DNA of 63,894 bases, counting the filler, from Choristocarpus tenellus KU-1152 (taxonomy: Eukaryota > Protista > Phaeophyceae): the NCBI GenBank assembly GCA_964200185.2. It is 13 parts of 13 records of this genome, joined end to end, with 100 filler letters (N's around TTAATTAATTAA, not from the genome) between each part and the next. Parts side by side here need not be neighbours in the genome. Positions count along the whole stretch, not along the records: positions 36,633 to 43,212 come from CAXNAD020007826.1; positions 43,313 to 45,974 come from CAXNAD020025855.1; positions 46,075 to 49,225 come from CAXNAD020021940.1; positions 49,326 to 53,235 come from CAXNAD020017208.1; 9 more parts are not named here. One strand, 5' to 3'. The stretch's first letter is position 1. Every line of letters begins with the position of its first letter. Under the pieces are notes generated by a model that was given only the letters and a program-made list of their open reading frames with translations, had not been told where the DNA came from and did no database searches. The position numbers and the translations under genes are program-made. This document shows positions 38,867 to 52,719 of the stretch, in pieces.

Positions 38867-39892
38867 TTAGCTCTTTTTTGTTTTAAAAGGTTTGGTCTCT
38901 GCATCACCTGTGTGTATTCCCAGACACTCAAAAAGGGTTATTGACAGCAAAATAAACTCATTTGCAAGCAAGTAGTACTTTTTGTAGGCTGGAGGCAACT
39001 GGGGGCCCATCTCAGCACCTTGCGCCAACATCGAGATGGCAAGGTCATTGTGCTCCATCGTCCACTTACCACTACGAAACAGTTGTCCACCACTTCTATG
39101 TTGTTATTACTACTACTACTACTGAAGCATTGTGACCATGTTCCATTAATACAGTTTTTTCTTTTACACTTCGACATTGTGTGCTGGAGCAGGTGTGCCG
39201 AGTCCTACTTGGCACTCCGATAGTAGAAGGGGAGACAGCAATCCGTGCTGGATTGTCAGGAAATGGCGGCGGAGACCCTGTGACGGCCAAGGCTGTGGGG
39301 TTGTGTCTAATTTACCTACGAGACAGGGTATGTTTACTGTCCTGTGTACTGGATACATTGTGCTTGAAAGTGTGATGCAGTAAGGAAGGAAGACAAGAGG
39401 GTGTGGCACCCCATGGCTGAGTTGTTCTGGGGGTTATTTCCAGCACCTTGCCCTCTCTGATGTTAGTTTTCGACCTGGGATAATGGCGATAAATGCATGG
39501 CTAACCCTAACCCCAGCCCTAACCCTACAGCACCATCCAAAGTATTATCCTCGCAAGATGACCTCATGGCACTTCTTTTTCCTTTGTTGTAGCTTGTGCT
39601 CTTTTTGAATGTTCATTGCCAGAAAGGATAGGATTGATTCCATAGCATAGAAGGACTGATTAGTGTAACGCCTGCTGTTTTCAGGTTGGAGTACCACGTG
39701 ATATGTCTTACCCAGCGGCAAGGCAGCTTCGGGCCCACCTGAACTGGGCAATTGATCTACTGAAGGAGAAGTGAGAGTTGTGGACGGAGACTTGCTAAGT
39801 AGGTAGTTGAATAGCAACTTGATCATTCCTACTGGGTGCAAATCCACCCACTGGGATGGAGGATTGACAAAAGCTGGACTTAGTGGTACCAC
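38867..39892 (-). CDS. Possible 3' exons of an unknown gene (e.g. VVPLSPAFVNPPSQWVDLHPVGMIKLLFNYLLSK...; ...MEHNDLAISMLAQG...KTKKS*)
   Basis: Open frames bounded by ag/gt; phases not fully reconciled; no domain recognised. Confidence 0.35.
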
Positions 39893-40399
39893 CTTTCACA
39901 TATATACATTTGATTGAAAAATCGACCTTCTTAGGGTTTGATTGCAAGCCATTGCAGCATAAGTCTCTGTGGCTAGAATTGAAGGGCTACTGATGTGGGT
40001 CATTGGTAAATGGGGTAAAGTCGAAGCAGGTAAATGGCAGCGGCCCCACAATTCAGAAACTGAGTGGAGTTGGTGGCTAGTTTCCAGATATGTGTTGTTA
40101 CGCCTACTCAGAGATAGGGTGACACACGATCAGTGCTCCTGTGTAACACTGAACCCGGGAAGAGTATAGCAACCAATTTTCCCATGTGTGTTTTTCTCAT
40201 TAGATTTGATGACATTACCTGTCAACAGTGAGAAGTTCAGTTGCGCCTATTGCAGTTGATCTTAGGCTCTAAGGCCCAGCCTAAATGAAATCAAGGCGGG
40301 AATCGTTTTTGGTTTTCACTGACACCATGCTGCCAAGTCACATCATTGTGTTGCTTGCATCCTCTCCTCTTGACCAGGTAAGGGTTAGACCCATACATA

Positions 40400-40645
40400 G
40401 CATTTAAGGGGGGAGGATATTTGCCCTTTTTGTCCGTTTGGGGCTTGGCTTCCCACAGGTTTTTTATGCCCTTCTTTTTTCTGTGTGAACACAGTTACCT
40501 AAAATGTATGTGATACGAAAGGTGGGTCTGGAGCAAGGATATTGACACTTGCTAACCTACACGATTGCCAAAATTCATCAAAATCGCAACATTGGATTTA
40601 TGATCCCGAACGAACCCGGCCCTACCCTCTTAAATGCTTTGACTC
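40400..40645 (+). mobile_element. MITE family A, diverged copy
   Basis: TGTCCGTTTGGGGCTTGGCTTCCC...CTACCCTCTTAAATGCTTTGACTC. Confidence 0.8.
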
Positions 40646-40981
40646 TTCAATTGTTACCACTATATCTACGTACCTCAGTTGATGGAGTCAAATGGCGCTC
40701 AAGTGTTTGTGGTCTTAACGAGTTTGAAGCAGTTGCAGTAAAAGATATCAAAGACACCATAAAACCAGAGAACACCAAAAAATCAGAAAAGTGTGTGCTG
40801 AAGATATACTTGGAAGCATATATATTTCTGAGATCTCATTAAGCAGTACCAATAATCGATTCAAATCTTCACTTATTTTGTATTACGGAGTATATTGCGG
40901 TGCTACCTAGTAAGTCCTTTTCCAAGGTGAATTGAAACAGATGAAAAAAGTGGCTTAAAATGAGAAACGACTGTACCTCTC

Positions 40982-41161
40982 ACTCAAAGTATCTGGGGAG
41001 GGTGGCGGCTGTCCATTTGGGGTCCATTTTTTTTCATGTCGCGATTTTTTGGTGCTTTGGTTCCATACTTCAGATGGATAATGAAAGTGCACTTTTCCTG
41101 TTTTTGGCCCAAATGGACACCCTGGTGTAGGCCCCTCCTCCCCCCCCAGATACTTTGGGAC
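40982..41161 (+). mobile_element. MITE family B, full copy, inserted in the end of another repeat
   Basis: TSD TCTC; an empty-site paralogue GTACCTCTCGTTTA exists at ~43583-43596. Confidence 0.9.
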
Positions 41162-42649
41162 TCTCGTTTATTTTGACTCAGAACTTGTAGGCAGCGTCCC
41201 TACAAGAGCTACACTACCTTTTGAACCTACTTCCTGCAACTCAAAAAGGACAACATGAGGATGCCAACCAAAGTTTATGTAGGGGAATTGGGGTGACAAG
41301 GGGTTATGCTGCTGTCGTTTCTTTTGAAGAAACATTATTGCTGTTCAAATGAACCTTCCGTACATTTGGGATTGAGACAGAGGCACTCTTGTGATAGACC
41401 ACTTTCCCTCAAAAATTGTGTGGGTATAGTACCTGAGAGATCATACGGGGAGGCAACATGACATCCGTACATTACGTAGTGTAGAAATTGTGTTGTAAAA
41501 CAAACGTAAAGAGAAGTAGGTCGGGGTCGTCCGTGATACCTGACCCAAAGGACGTTGCATTATGCTGACAACCAGAAAAGGCTGGTATGTGGATATGCAT
41601 AGCAGGAACAAAGCGAACAAGCTCTTAGCCGTCACTACTCTAATCTTGGTGGCATAACTGTGTCTGTCAGTCTTCCCGCTATCAATCTATCCTTGTTGGG
41701 GCAGGGTGTTTGTGATTATTTGGGGCCCCTGTGACCCCATTCTGTTACACATTCATGCTTGTACTGCTCTGAAGTGTGATTTGGCACTCATCACGTGGAG
41801 AAACAGTTATCTTTTCATCTGCCATCAGTCTCGTAAGGAGGGTTGGGTGGGTATATTTCTGGTATGGGAATGGGGTGTCAGGCAGGAGGTTAAATAAGAC
41901 CTGCACACTCGGATGGGCCCAAAGTAGACCCTCACTAAGATGGGATGGCTCACTATCCTTCTTCAACACGGTAGATAAATCGGTCACTTCCAGTGTTTAC
42001 ACTGACTGGCCGTAATCCAGCAAAAATATATATAGGTAGAAATGAAACTTGTAGTCTAGCGATTCACACTGTATGTTAATCGGAAGATGTTTATCGCAAG
42101 ATATTAATCAACCCAATGAAAAGATCATAACCACCAACAAAATTGAATACATAGTAGAACAAAGAAAAAAAGCGATATGTTCTAAGTTATGAAACCTATG
42201 CTTCGTAATAATTGTGCTACCAGCAAGCACGGTACCATGAGGAATGAATCTTTTAATCCCTCCTCCTTGCGCCACCTTTTCATCTTCCCGAACTGCACAA
42301 CACACACAAGGAAGGGAAGGTTTGGATCATGATCCATATACTCTTGAAGGGGACCTCCCAACTGTGTCACCAACCTCCATCTAAAAGCAATGATAATATA
42401 CCTTGACTACTTAGTCTATGCCGCTCTCCCCTCCTCTGTCTACCACACTCACAGTTCACAGGTTGTCCGAAAAGTCAAGTGTGCTGGGGAGGGGGGTTAC
42501 CTCCACTTGGTAAATACTCAAGAGTACAATAATATCCCTCTAGTGATGGGCAGGGATTTTCCTAGATCTATTGCCATGTTAAGATAGCTGTGTAAATATT
42601 ACGGATGTATATGAACAACTTCGTACTCACAGTATGGAGTACTCTCTAC

Positions 42650-42651
<2 letters not shown>

Positions 42652-42681
<30 letters not shown>
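42652..42681. repeat. (GT)n microsatellite
   Basis: About 15 GT units. Confidence 0.9.
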
Positions 42682-42682
<1 letters not shown>

Positions 42683-43312
42683 TGTGTTGAAAGCCACATC
42701 TAGGGGGAGGGATTGGAGGGGTGATATCACAGTGAGAGGATGATGCTTCGGTTGTGAAGCGACCCGCCTTTGCTTTGGCCACCTGGCCACTTTTTATTCC
42801 AGTGAGTGGGACAGACCAGCAGACTAATCTATGCGTGGATGTATGTACATGCGATCTCTCTATCTCTGACTGCACAGCCGATGCGGACAGCCTTCAATCC
42901 TCCACCTCTTGTAGGAGACTCTCCATGAACTCCTCATCCTCCAAATTCAGCAAGAACATGTAACTTTAGTGGTAACATCAGGTATGGCAGGGGGCAATGA
43001 TGCAGCGCCAGGAAAGGAAAGGGGATATATATTTGAGAAAAAGGTAGTGTTTGGTTCGCCGAACTTGGGGAGTTGATAACAGCAGTTGGTGCAACCTTGA
43101 TTGCACAGCCCAGCAGGGTGTTGGTAAGTAGCAGTGATGATCATCATAGCAAAAAAGAGATGGTAGGAAGGAAGGAGGGGCATGATGATATCGAATCAAA
43201 GTATCTAGGAGGNNNNNNNNNNNNNNNNNNNNNNNNNNNNNNNNNNNNNNNNNNNNTTAATTAATTAANNNNNNNNNNNNNNNNNNNNNNNNNNNNNNNN
43301 NNNNNNNNNNNN

Positions 43313-43362
43313 CCAAATGGACAAACAGGGCAAAACCCGTACCCTCTAAGGTACTTTCACTC
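43313..43362 (-). mobile_element. MITE family A end at contig edge
   Basis: CCAAATGGACAAACAGGGCAAAACCCGTACCCTCTAAGGTACTTTCACTC. Confidence 0.85.
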
Positions 43363-44494
43363 GTACCCAATGTTGAATTTCAAGGATGCTGACCAACTGT
43401 GTGCGAAGTTGGAGACTATTTTTGCAAATGCTTACAGGAACTTCTCATGATTCTGTCCAAAAGTTTGAGAAAATAGAGAAATCGACAGTCTCAAGTCAAA
43501 CTTTGCCAGTCATCTATCGAAGTACGGGTGAATTGAAAATGAGTGAAAAACTGGCTTAGAATGCAAAATGGCCAAAACCTGGGTACCTCTCGTTTACTTT
43601 GGCTCACTAACCCTTTCACTACAACAACCCGAATCAGTTCTGAAAAAGGTCCCCCATCTCAGTTGTGAGATCAACAATAAAGACGAGTTGGCGAGAAACA
43701 AGGACAGTTTTGGTGTTTTGCGCTCCCATTTTTACTCCTCAGATGGTATAAACGTCTCTCCCTGATGGTGGCCCCAACAATCCGAGGTAAGCATAAACTA
43801 CTTTGAACCCAAATGGTCCTTTGACCTTTCCTTCGAAATTTACTCTTTTCTTTCTCCTTTCTCGCCAAAAAAATTGGCTGCCAGTCTTCGATTTTGCTCG
43901 CAACAAAGAAGTGAAAGATCACTATGGCACCCATTAACTGCCCTGAAGACAAGATCAGGACTCTCACACGCGGCCAATTGAAGGTCACGCCAATATTTGG
44001 AACCCGTAATAAGAATCTATGCTTGATTCTCACTGATGAGTGTAGGAGATCATAAGAAAAATGTTTGCCTCCCTTTACCCCTTTCCCTTCCCTGCGTCTG
44101 AGAACCCCCACAGACACACACAGCATTAATAAATAAACGCCCCCATGCAACCACCAATGAACCAAGGCTCCAACGCCAAGAGTTCATGGCCGCACTGTAC
44201 CCCCCCTCCTTCGGCACAAACACTGTTCTCCTCTTTCTTTCCTGAGCCCTTCCCCATGCTCCACTCTCGCTCGTAAGCCTCCAAAGTGCAGTCTGCCACC
44301 CCTACTTTGGACAGGACTCTTGCAAGATTATGGAATACATATATTTTCCTCCTCCGGTCCTATCTGTACCTCCTGCTGGAGCACCACAGACTTTAACCGT
44401 TAATTGTTTATTTAGCGGTTTATTTAGCGTCTCCATTCTATTCCACCTGGTTACACTATTTACCTGCTGTAACATTTTCAAACCTTCATTAATA

Positions 44495-45974
44495 CTACCT
44501 CCGTGCCATAAGTCTATGCTGCGTTGTCCATAACTTTTGAAGATGTTGATGAAATTCATTTCTGAAAGAAGATTTGGAATCCTTCACGAATGTCTGGTTA
44601 GGATCAGCTCTTTTCATAATTATTACTCCCCATCCATCACAATTGTATCAACCACAGAAAAGGCCTCCATGTCTACCTTCGGCATGTTTTCAAGCTCACC
44701 AGACAACTGCTATTTCTTAACCCTGTGTACTCCATACTGAAGTAATTCCCCCCTTCGTATCTAAGTACTTGGTTGTACACCACAAAAAGGAGCTCACAAA
44801 CCCTTTCAAGTGTGGTTTCATCATAGTCCTCATACTGTTCCTTAATGACCTTCATCTCCTCAACGGACCCAAACCGCTCCCCCATCACCCAGCATGTTTC
44901 AAATACCTGGAGAAGCACAGGTCCATGATATTGAGGTCGGGGGAGTTAGATGGCTGTGTCACAAGCCTAATCGACCACCCCCAATCTTCCCTGCCCCTGA
45001 CAAGATTTCTGAGTTGCCCTTGCCCTTGTGGGGTGTGGCATCATCTTGCTGAACGACAACATGCTTTTGGCATCTTGGTCTTGATTGCAGGCAGTAACTC
45101 CTCTGTGTACCACTTCCTGTACCACAAATTGGTCTAAAGTACAGTCCTGCCCTCTGTATGGTTCTTGCTCTTGTCCTGTCTATCATGTTTGACGACACGC
45201 ACACCAAACATCAACCTTTCCATCAAAGTTGTGAGTCGGATCTCGGCGGGCGTTGACTGCAATGATCATGATTTTGGGGATATGAATCTTGTGCTGCACA
45301 GTAGGGGACCCTGGAAGGTCGCTATCATCCTCATGAGTGAAAGTATCTTAGAGGGTACAAATTTTGCCCAGTTTGTCCATTTGGGGCTTGGCTTCCACGG
45401 GTTTTTAGTGGCATTTTACCTACTCCAAAATGTTTCGGAGTAGGTATAATGTATACTTTATGAAAAGGAGTGTCCAGGCGAGGGTATTGAAATCTCCTAA
45501 CAAATATGATCACCAAAATTACATCAAAATTGCAACATTGGATTTTGGCCTCCAAATGGACGCGGCTCTACCCTCTAAGATAATTTGACTCTCATGCGGA
45601 AATACCCTATCCCTTTCCCCATCAGCCGTCACATAAAACCAGGATTCATCCTCATGGATCATGTTCGCCATGGAGGCGTACACACCACGTTTCCGTTCAA
45701 CTTGTTCGCAAGCAAACTCCATTCTCCATACATTTTGCCAAGATTTAAGCTTGGGTTTGATCCAGCGGCAATTCAGCATGGCTACCATATCATCCAACCA
45801 CATGTTTTTGGTGCTCATGCTACAATTCAATCCCTTGGAGGCCATCTTCATTTTTACCTGACACACTGTGAATGACTGATTATCGGAGTTGATACTATGT
45901 ATTGTGGTCATCTTGGTCAGTGTGAGCTCCGAAGGCCACCCACTACGTGCCGCCACCCCTAGGTCAAGCATGTG
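44495..45974 (-). mobile_element. Tc1/mariner element of plant-type DD39D group, degenerate transposase, interrupted by MITE A
   Basis: IHEDESWFY, QHKIHIPKIMIIAVNAR, VQQDDATPH, QPSNSPDLNIMDLCF, EGGNYF; 39-40 residues between the 2nd and 3rd D (frameshift in between); Stowaway-type end TA|CTACCTCCGT at 44493. Confidence 0.9.
45335..45591 (+). mobile_element. MITE family A, full copy inside the mariner ORF
   Basis: TSD TCAT; removing the MITE plus one TSD restores RVFPHEDDSDLPG in frame. Confidence 0.95.
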
Positions 45975-46074
45975 NNNNNNNNNNNNNNNNNNNNNNNNNN
46001 NNNNNNNNNNNNNNNNNNTTAATTAATTAANNNNNNNNNNNNNNNNNNNNNNNNNNNNNNNNNNNNNNNNNNNN

Positions 46075-46155
46075 AAAAAAATGCACTTTTTCGTTGTTTG
46101 GGCCAAATGGGCCACCGTGTGGTGCCCCCCCCCCCCCCCCCAGATACTTTGGGTC
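46075..46155 (+). mobile_element. MITE family B right end at contig edge
   Basis: TGCACTTTT...CCCCAGATACTTTGGGTC. Confidence 0.8.
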
Positions 46156-49151
46156 AGTGGGCATTGTGGTGGTGTCTCAAGTCATATACAATGGAGATTG
46201 TTCCCTAGATGGATTTGGCAGGTTTGAACCCCCTCGACCCCCGATTCCTTCCAATTGAAATCTCGTTACTGTTATCGTGAGTCCACGTGACAGGACGGAT
46301 TGTACACAACTACCCTACTTCTTGCTATATCATAAAAAAGCCAGACCAAGAAGGAGCTTTCAATCCTTCATTGACAGGAGGTGGGCCTGGCACAAGATTT
46401 GAATACGTGGAACGACAAGCAGTGCCACCACCCAACCCACAACGTGCGAAAGAAAGCACAGACGGACAGAGACAGTGCAATCAGACCTCCAAACTAATCA
46501 ACAATCGTTGCACACTGTATCTGGAAATCATTAAGTATTTGATGATACACACAGCTGAAGCATTGCTGCAATATACTGGCACTATGAAAGTGAGACCTAT
46601 GGTATCCTGGCAGAAGAGGTCCAGGCGTCCATTCAGGGCCTTAAAGACCCTGTAGTGATCTTCATGTCATTTGAGCGAACGTGTCGTATGTAAGGGCAGT
46701 TTTCTTCATCAGGATGCGCCTTCCTTTCCCGTTCTTCTGCCTGGACCAAATCCGAAGGGAGATCTCCCACTAAACGGGCACCAAAGTGGGGCGTAATACA
46801 ATGTCCCATCATGCCCCGAATGGACGACCTGGGCTAACCACCCCCCCAACCTCTACATACTATGAAGGCGAATATAGAGAAAAGAGGGAAGAATTCCAGT
46901 AGTCGATCAGGCTCTGACTTTGCAAAACGTCCTACCTCGTGTACGTTGTGTATCGAGTAGCGGACTCTATTGTAGCAGGGCCCATACGTTTTACCACAAA
47001 ATATAGGTAGGTGGTAGATGGTCTACTTTTCTCTTTGTGTCTTTGTGACACGTGATTAGGGTGTATGTATGGCTACCCACAACTAACAAATGCAAGCGGC
47101 AAGTATGCGCTCAGACAGGCCAAAAGGGGAACGTTCCAGTCGCTATAATCTCAGTGTGAATTCTACAGCTTGACATCATTCTGCAATTTTCAGTTGTTGT
47201 ATTGAGACTTCTGAAAGCTCACGACTCCTCAGATACTACCCAGTAGAGGATAATCATCATGCACCTCAATTGTAGTGAGTCTTCAGTCATACATTTAACT
47301 TGAGGATAAATAAGCCTTCGTCTCGCAGCTTGATAATCATCCACTTTCGTTGGTTATTCAGGCATTGACACATCCCAGGCACTGCCATGGACCCTCACCA
47401 TCTGCATACATTCCTGTGGATTGGAGCTACATATCCCATCAGGGTAAGCTGCTGGCAGCGTTTTGAAATATTATCTTCTTATATCGTAGGACAAATATGT
47501 AACTATAGTCTAGGCTCCTCCAAGAAGTAATTAGGTGGCTTATTAAGCTCTGAAGTCATGCACAGACCGCATACAAGTCTTTTAGTTTGTATTGTTTGAC
47601 GAAATGTGATTGTATGTCATTAGGGTTGGACTTGGAGTCGCCCCCGATATTTTCCATCTACTTTTGAGGCACATTGACCAACTTATTCACCATTTTTGTG
47701 TGCGAAGTGAGGGATTACACTTCAACACTGTATGCTTTGTGTAGTATGAGCAAACGTATTATATGTGCAAGTACTCGTATATGTATAAAAATACATATTG
47801 AAGTACGAAGTCAGATCCTCTTGGAATACTGTAGGAGTACAAAATATATGGCTCAATAATTAAATATCGGATGAACAGATCATCCTGCTGATTTGGTTAT
47901 ACATTCATCGATCCTACCGCATTTCTAAGTACACTTATTATGGGCAGTAAGCAATTTAGAAAACATCTTGACAGGAGGTTTCCCAAAACATAAAATACAA
48001 TCTTTCAAAACACCTCAAAAAGAGATTATCAAAAGGGATATTGACATCATCTGCAAAATATGCCTTTAAAACGCCACAAATAAATATTTTTATTTTATTT
48101 TATTCTCTCTGGGATGTTACACAAAATCTCCTCAAAAGCATTTTTCAAAGGAGGTTTGGTAGTTTTCTGTGTACAATTTGTTTTGAAGTCCAGAAAGAAT
48201 TATTCTGAACTTTTGAAGGGGGTTTCGGAATCCCAAGGAATACTTCAAAAGGTAACCTTTCGAAATCCTAAGTATCTTGGTCTTGGAGCACTCTGCAAAA
48301 GGTTGAAAAGGTGATCTGTGGAACCTATGACCTTATATTCTTTAAATTATACTAACAAAAAGGGGGGATCTGTCTCCACCTGTGACAACCCTAATATGCG
48401 AGGGGGTTTTGATGTAACATACACCTCTCCCACAACCCACAGGCTGTCTCCACTGCAACAAACTGCAACAAACTGCTTCGTTGAAGGCGATGGATCAATA
48501 TTTTATCTCCGTGGTAATGATAATGTTCTACTTTGATAAACATCGAACCGTCGTTTTGTGTGAGCTCTTTGCACCCTGACTGACTTCACTACCAGCTTAT
48601 ACCCACGCTGCTTGGTATCGTTACTAGTTTGTATACGCAAAAACCATATCGCAACAGGGATGCCTTGCTAAGATGCTACTGTGCTTCCAAATGGAAGGGT
48701 AGTACGATATTGACCAACCAATGTGAAGGAATGTCTAGGAGGCAAGGAAAGGGAGGGTGGGTCCTTCTCTCAATATTAGAGCTCTGAAGGAACACCACCA
48801 TTTTTTCTGACCGAAGGTATAAATACCATATATGTATCTTTATAGGACTCTACGGGTAGGGTTATCGACAGGTTCCGTACATGGCAAAATATTAATCGAC
48901 GATGGTGTTACTCTTCTACAGATGTGTAATGACATGGAGATAGTGTTGGTGTGGCAAATGTTCAAGCTTTCTTACCCGTAGAGTGTCTCTATGTAACCTA
49001 CGAGACAGCATCTAGATCTGTAGAGACGCTTACGACTTAGAAGTCTTAGGCATGATGCACAAGTAGTCACAACTACAGCGACAACCCTAATTTGTTCCAG
49101 AAAGGAGTTGTGATGTCTACATGAAAAGTTCAAGATATCTCCAACAGTTTG

Positions 49152-49225
49152 TGTGCAAATTACCTTGGGAGGTAATGCTATTTGTTAATAGTGAAGATAA
49201 GAAGGTGTGAAGCCTCACACGACCC
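49152..49225 (-). repeat. LTR end of the copia family at 13684-13998 (3' or solo LTR)
   Basis: TGTGCAAATTACCTTGGGAGGTAATGCTATTT...GAAGGTGTGAAGC; no PBS adjacent. Confidence 0.85.
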
Positions 49226-49454
49226 NNNNNNNNNNNNNNNNNNNNNNNNNNNNNNNNNNNNNNNNNNNNTTAATTAATTAANNNNNNNNNNNNNNNNNNN
49301 NNNNNNNNNNNNNNNNNNNNNNNNNGAGAGGGGGGGGGGGGGGGTGGGGGGGGAAGAATGAGGTCAGAAATGTATGTTTATAACAGAGTGGGGTATGTAC
49401 TATTTATGTAGTATATGTAATGCAATTGTGAATGCAATGGTACTTCACAAAATA

Positions 49455-49745
49455 CTGTATACATAAAAACTCAGTATAAACATATTTTACACGTTTAACA
49501 CAGTATAAACGTAACACATTACATACGTAACACAGTACATACGTAGCACAGTATAAACATAACACTCTATAAACATAAAAACTTTATAAATGTGACATAT
49601 TATATATGTACCACAGTACACACATAACACTCTATAAACATAACAGTACACACATACCACAGTATAAACATAACACTCCATAAACGTAACACAATGCACA
49701 CACAACACAGTATAAACACAATACATCATACACCTAAACACAGTC
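49455..49745. repeat. Degenerate ~16-bp minisatellite (AACACAGTATAAACAT-like)
   Basis: More than 12 diverged tandem units. Confidence 0.8.
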
Positions 49746-51134
49746 TACGCATACTCCTTCTGTTCAGCATGACTCTGAAAAGACTGCATGGATGAGAGGA
49801 AAGAGCATTGCACCAAAAATCAAACATACAGCGGGTATCACTGAATAGGTAGATAGGTAGGTAGAGATAGGCAGGTAGATAGGTAGGTAGGTACACTAAG
49901 TCAGATTTCACTGACCTTTATAGAAAAAACTTACACATTGACTTCTCCCTCAGCGCCCCCCCCCTCCCCTAAAAAAAAAGAAGATAACCTGGTACTATCC
50001 TGTGCATTCATAGCCTGACCCCAGCACTGTTCTAACTCGTCTCGCTGAGTAGAGAGTGTAACACACTATTAATATCACTACTATATGCATGTGTGTGCTG
50101 CAACACAATCAATCGCAAAGTGGAACTGAGCTATAAAAAACCGCAGGGGGGGGGGGAGGGGAGATTAGTTCAATTNNNNNNNNNNATCACTATGATATGT
50201 GTGGCGAGACAAAAAAAAAAAACAAAGAAAAGGGGGAAGGAGAGAAAGAAGGGGGGGGGGGGGGGGGGGGAGGGGAGATTAGTTCATTTCTTGTGATGTA
50301 TTATGTATGTACGCCACAGCTTCCACTTTGTGTGCCACTAGAGGTTTCCCAATTAAAGGTATGTCAATTGGTAGACAAGTAGATAGATAAGTAAATAACC
50401 TCGATCACCCAACAGTAGACTGCACAGTCTGTCCCATCAACAATGACCTATTAACTATTGATACTACGGGTATCATAACTGCCGGTGGTTGTCTAGAAGG
50501 AAAAGACAGTACCCTAACAAAAAATAAAATAAAATAAAATGGAAAAAAAACTGATGGAAATGGACGCGGTTTGGCGATGATCACAACATCCAACCCCTTC
50601 GCACCTAGCTCTATAGCTACTAGTATCTCATTTGCCACGCAATAGTAACACATACATAGGCCTAGCACTCAGCTATAGTGTCATCCTTCTTGGGATGAAA
50701 AACAGAGAGCAATGCAAGTATTCCAACAAGTGGACTTGTGTACAATAATAGTAAGGATTAGTTCATTTCACACTTCTAACTATTTAATGGTAATATCTAC
50801 AATAACAATGATAATAACAATGATCTCACCCCTCAACAGTTGACCAATTTGATTCCACATGCAAGAAGGAGGTTTTCAAAATAATTTTCATTGTCAAGAA
50901 GTAAACAATACAGTATTCATGTACAACCCAATCACACTTGTGGTTTTAAGGAAAGACACTTCAACATTCCTCAGCACCTCCTCAAAACTACAATTTTGTT
51001 TTTAAGAAAGCTTTTTTCAGCATCACAAATGGAATATCATTAACATCAAACAAAGAAATAAAAATAAAATTCAAACAAAGAGGTGCAACAATACCATAAA
51101 CCTTTATCTTTAATAACTCCTATTGTACAAATTA

Positions 51135-51235
51135 TTCACATACATGCACGCGTAATACATACATACATACACAATACATAACCACATACACACAATATAC
51201 ATACATACATGCATACATACATACATGCATACAAC
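51135..51235. repeat. (CATA)n-type microsatellite in an intron
   Basis: ACATACATACAT runs. Confidence 0.8.
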
Positions 51236-51239
51236 ACAC

Positions 51240-52719
51240 CTCTTTCTTCCCCACAGGACCTTCCGAATCAACAGTGCGGATGGTTCCTCCCCCACCAACC
51301 AACCTCATTTCCTCTACCTTCACCACCTGAAAGGCATTGCACATAATCATGCCACACAGAGACGTTAAAGTTAATCATGGTGCCAACAAACACGAGGGAT
51401 AGGGAGAGTACAGGGGGAGAGGGGGGTACACCAATCAACCAATCAACCAATCACTTCATCACACCTTTCATCCATTTCTTTGCAAGAGGCTTGTTTATTC
51501 AGTCCGAAACAACCCTAACCCTGAATAACAATATTAGAATTACATTAAATTTTAAAATCACAACAGTGCATACATATATATATTTTTTAAGACCAACGGT
51601 AGGGTTAGGGTTAGTTCAAGAGCTTGATCGGGCAGTTTTCACTAGCTCTCATATATTCAAGTGAACTTTGCGTGTTTAAACAACAGTATACAGTTTAAAC
51701 ACTAACAGAAAGTCAAATTATTTTCAAATCAAACACGACCCTCGCTACATAGAAAAAAATATATATACAATATTAAATATAAACAAAAACATACATATAG
51801 AAGTTAAATATACATCCTGGAAGTATCCCTGCTGTTGAATAAAAATAAAATTTACAATTAAAAAAGTTTCGACTTGTACGTGATATTTAGAAAAAAAGAA
51901 ACATGGATAAACCCCAAGTAATATCGTAGCAGAACCATAAATTTGAAAAAAAAAAAATTGTGTCTCGACTGCCTGTTTTTCTACTCAATACTGTAAACAC
52001 ACCAACAGCAATTAAATGTATTAATATTTTTTTGTCAATGGAGATATATATATATATATATATATATCATTCTCAGAATTTTCTTCAGCACACCCTGTAG
52101 AAATAGAGTTAAATTATAAACACCAACAAAAGGCACAAGTCAGAACAAAATCAAACCCGGTTACGACTTCGCCAATTTATATCACTTTCAACAGACCCAA
52201 TCCCGAGAAAAAATAAATTTTATTTTTTCATAGAGCCGGTCAAGCCAAAACAAAAAAAATGACACCCACCAACCAGGTCAGAGACGTTAAAAAAATATAT
52301 ATCGCAAACTTTTGCCCCAGTAGTTTAAAAACCCTGACCGCAACCCTAACCCTAACCCATAACTCTCTAACACACAGTCCAGTCAAGCCCTAACCCTAAC
52401 CCATAACTCTCTAACATACAGTCCAGTCAAGCCCTAACCCTAACCCGTAACTCTTTAACACACGGCCCAGTCAAGCCCTAACCCTAACCCTAACCCCCCA
52501 ACAAGACACAGAAGCCCTAGGTTAGATGGAGAGACCTACTAGACCCACCTGCCCCGGATACCACCGCCCCTGGTAGTCCATAGCATCAAGTCGCATCCCT
52601 TCACTCTCTCCCGCCTTGAAGTGTCGAAATCCAGGCCCCTCTGTGTACTTGTCTCTGGGCCAGGTACCGTCCTTGTTTTTCATCTCCAGCATCACCTTCT
52701 CCCCTCCAACCAGACCCAC
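51240..52719 (-). CDS. Two exons (52549-52719, 51240-51326) of a probable ubiquitin-specific protease (end of UBL domain plus MBT/Tudor-like start)
   Basis: KVMLEMKNKDGTWPR resembles the USP4/11/15 UBL end; RLDAMDYQGRWYPGQ|VVKV joins in phase 0 across GT-AG sites. Confidence 0.68.
52344..52499. repeat. 44-bp minisatellite x3 whose unit begins with telomeric CCCTAACCCTAACCC
   Basis: CCCTAACCCTAACCCATAACTCTCTAACACACAGTCCAGTCAAG in tandem, closed by another telomeric tract. Confidence 0.9.
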
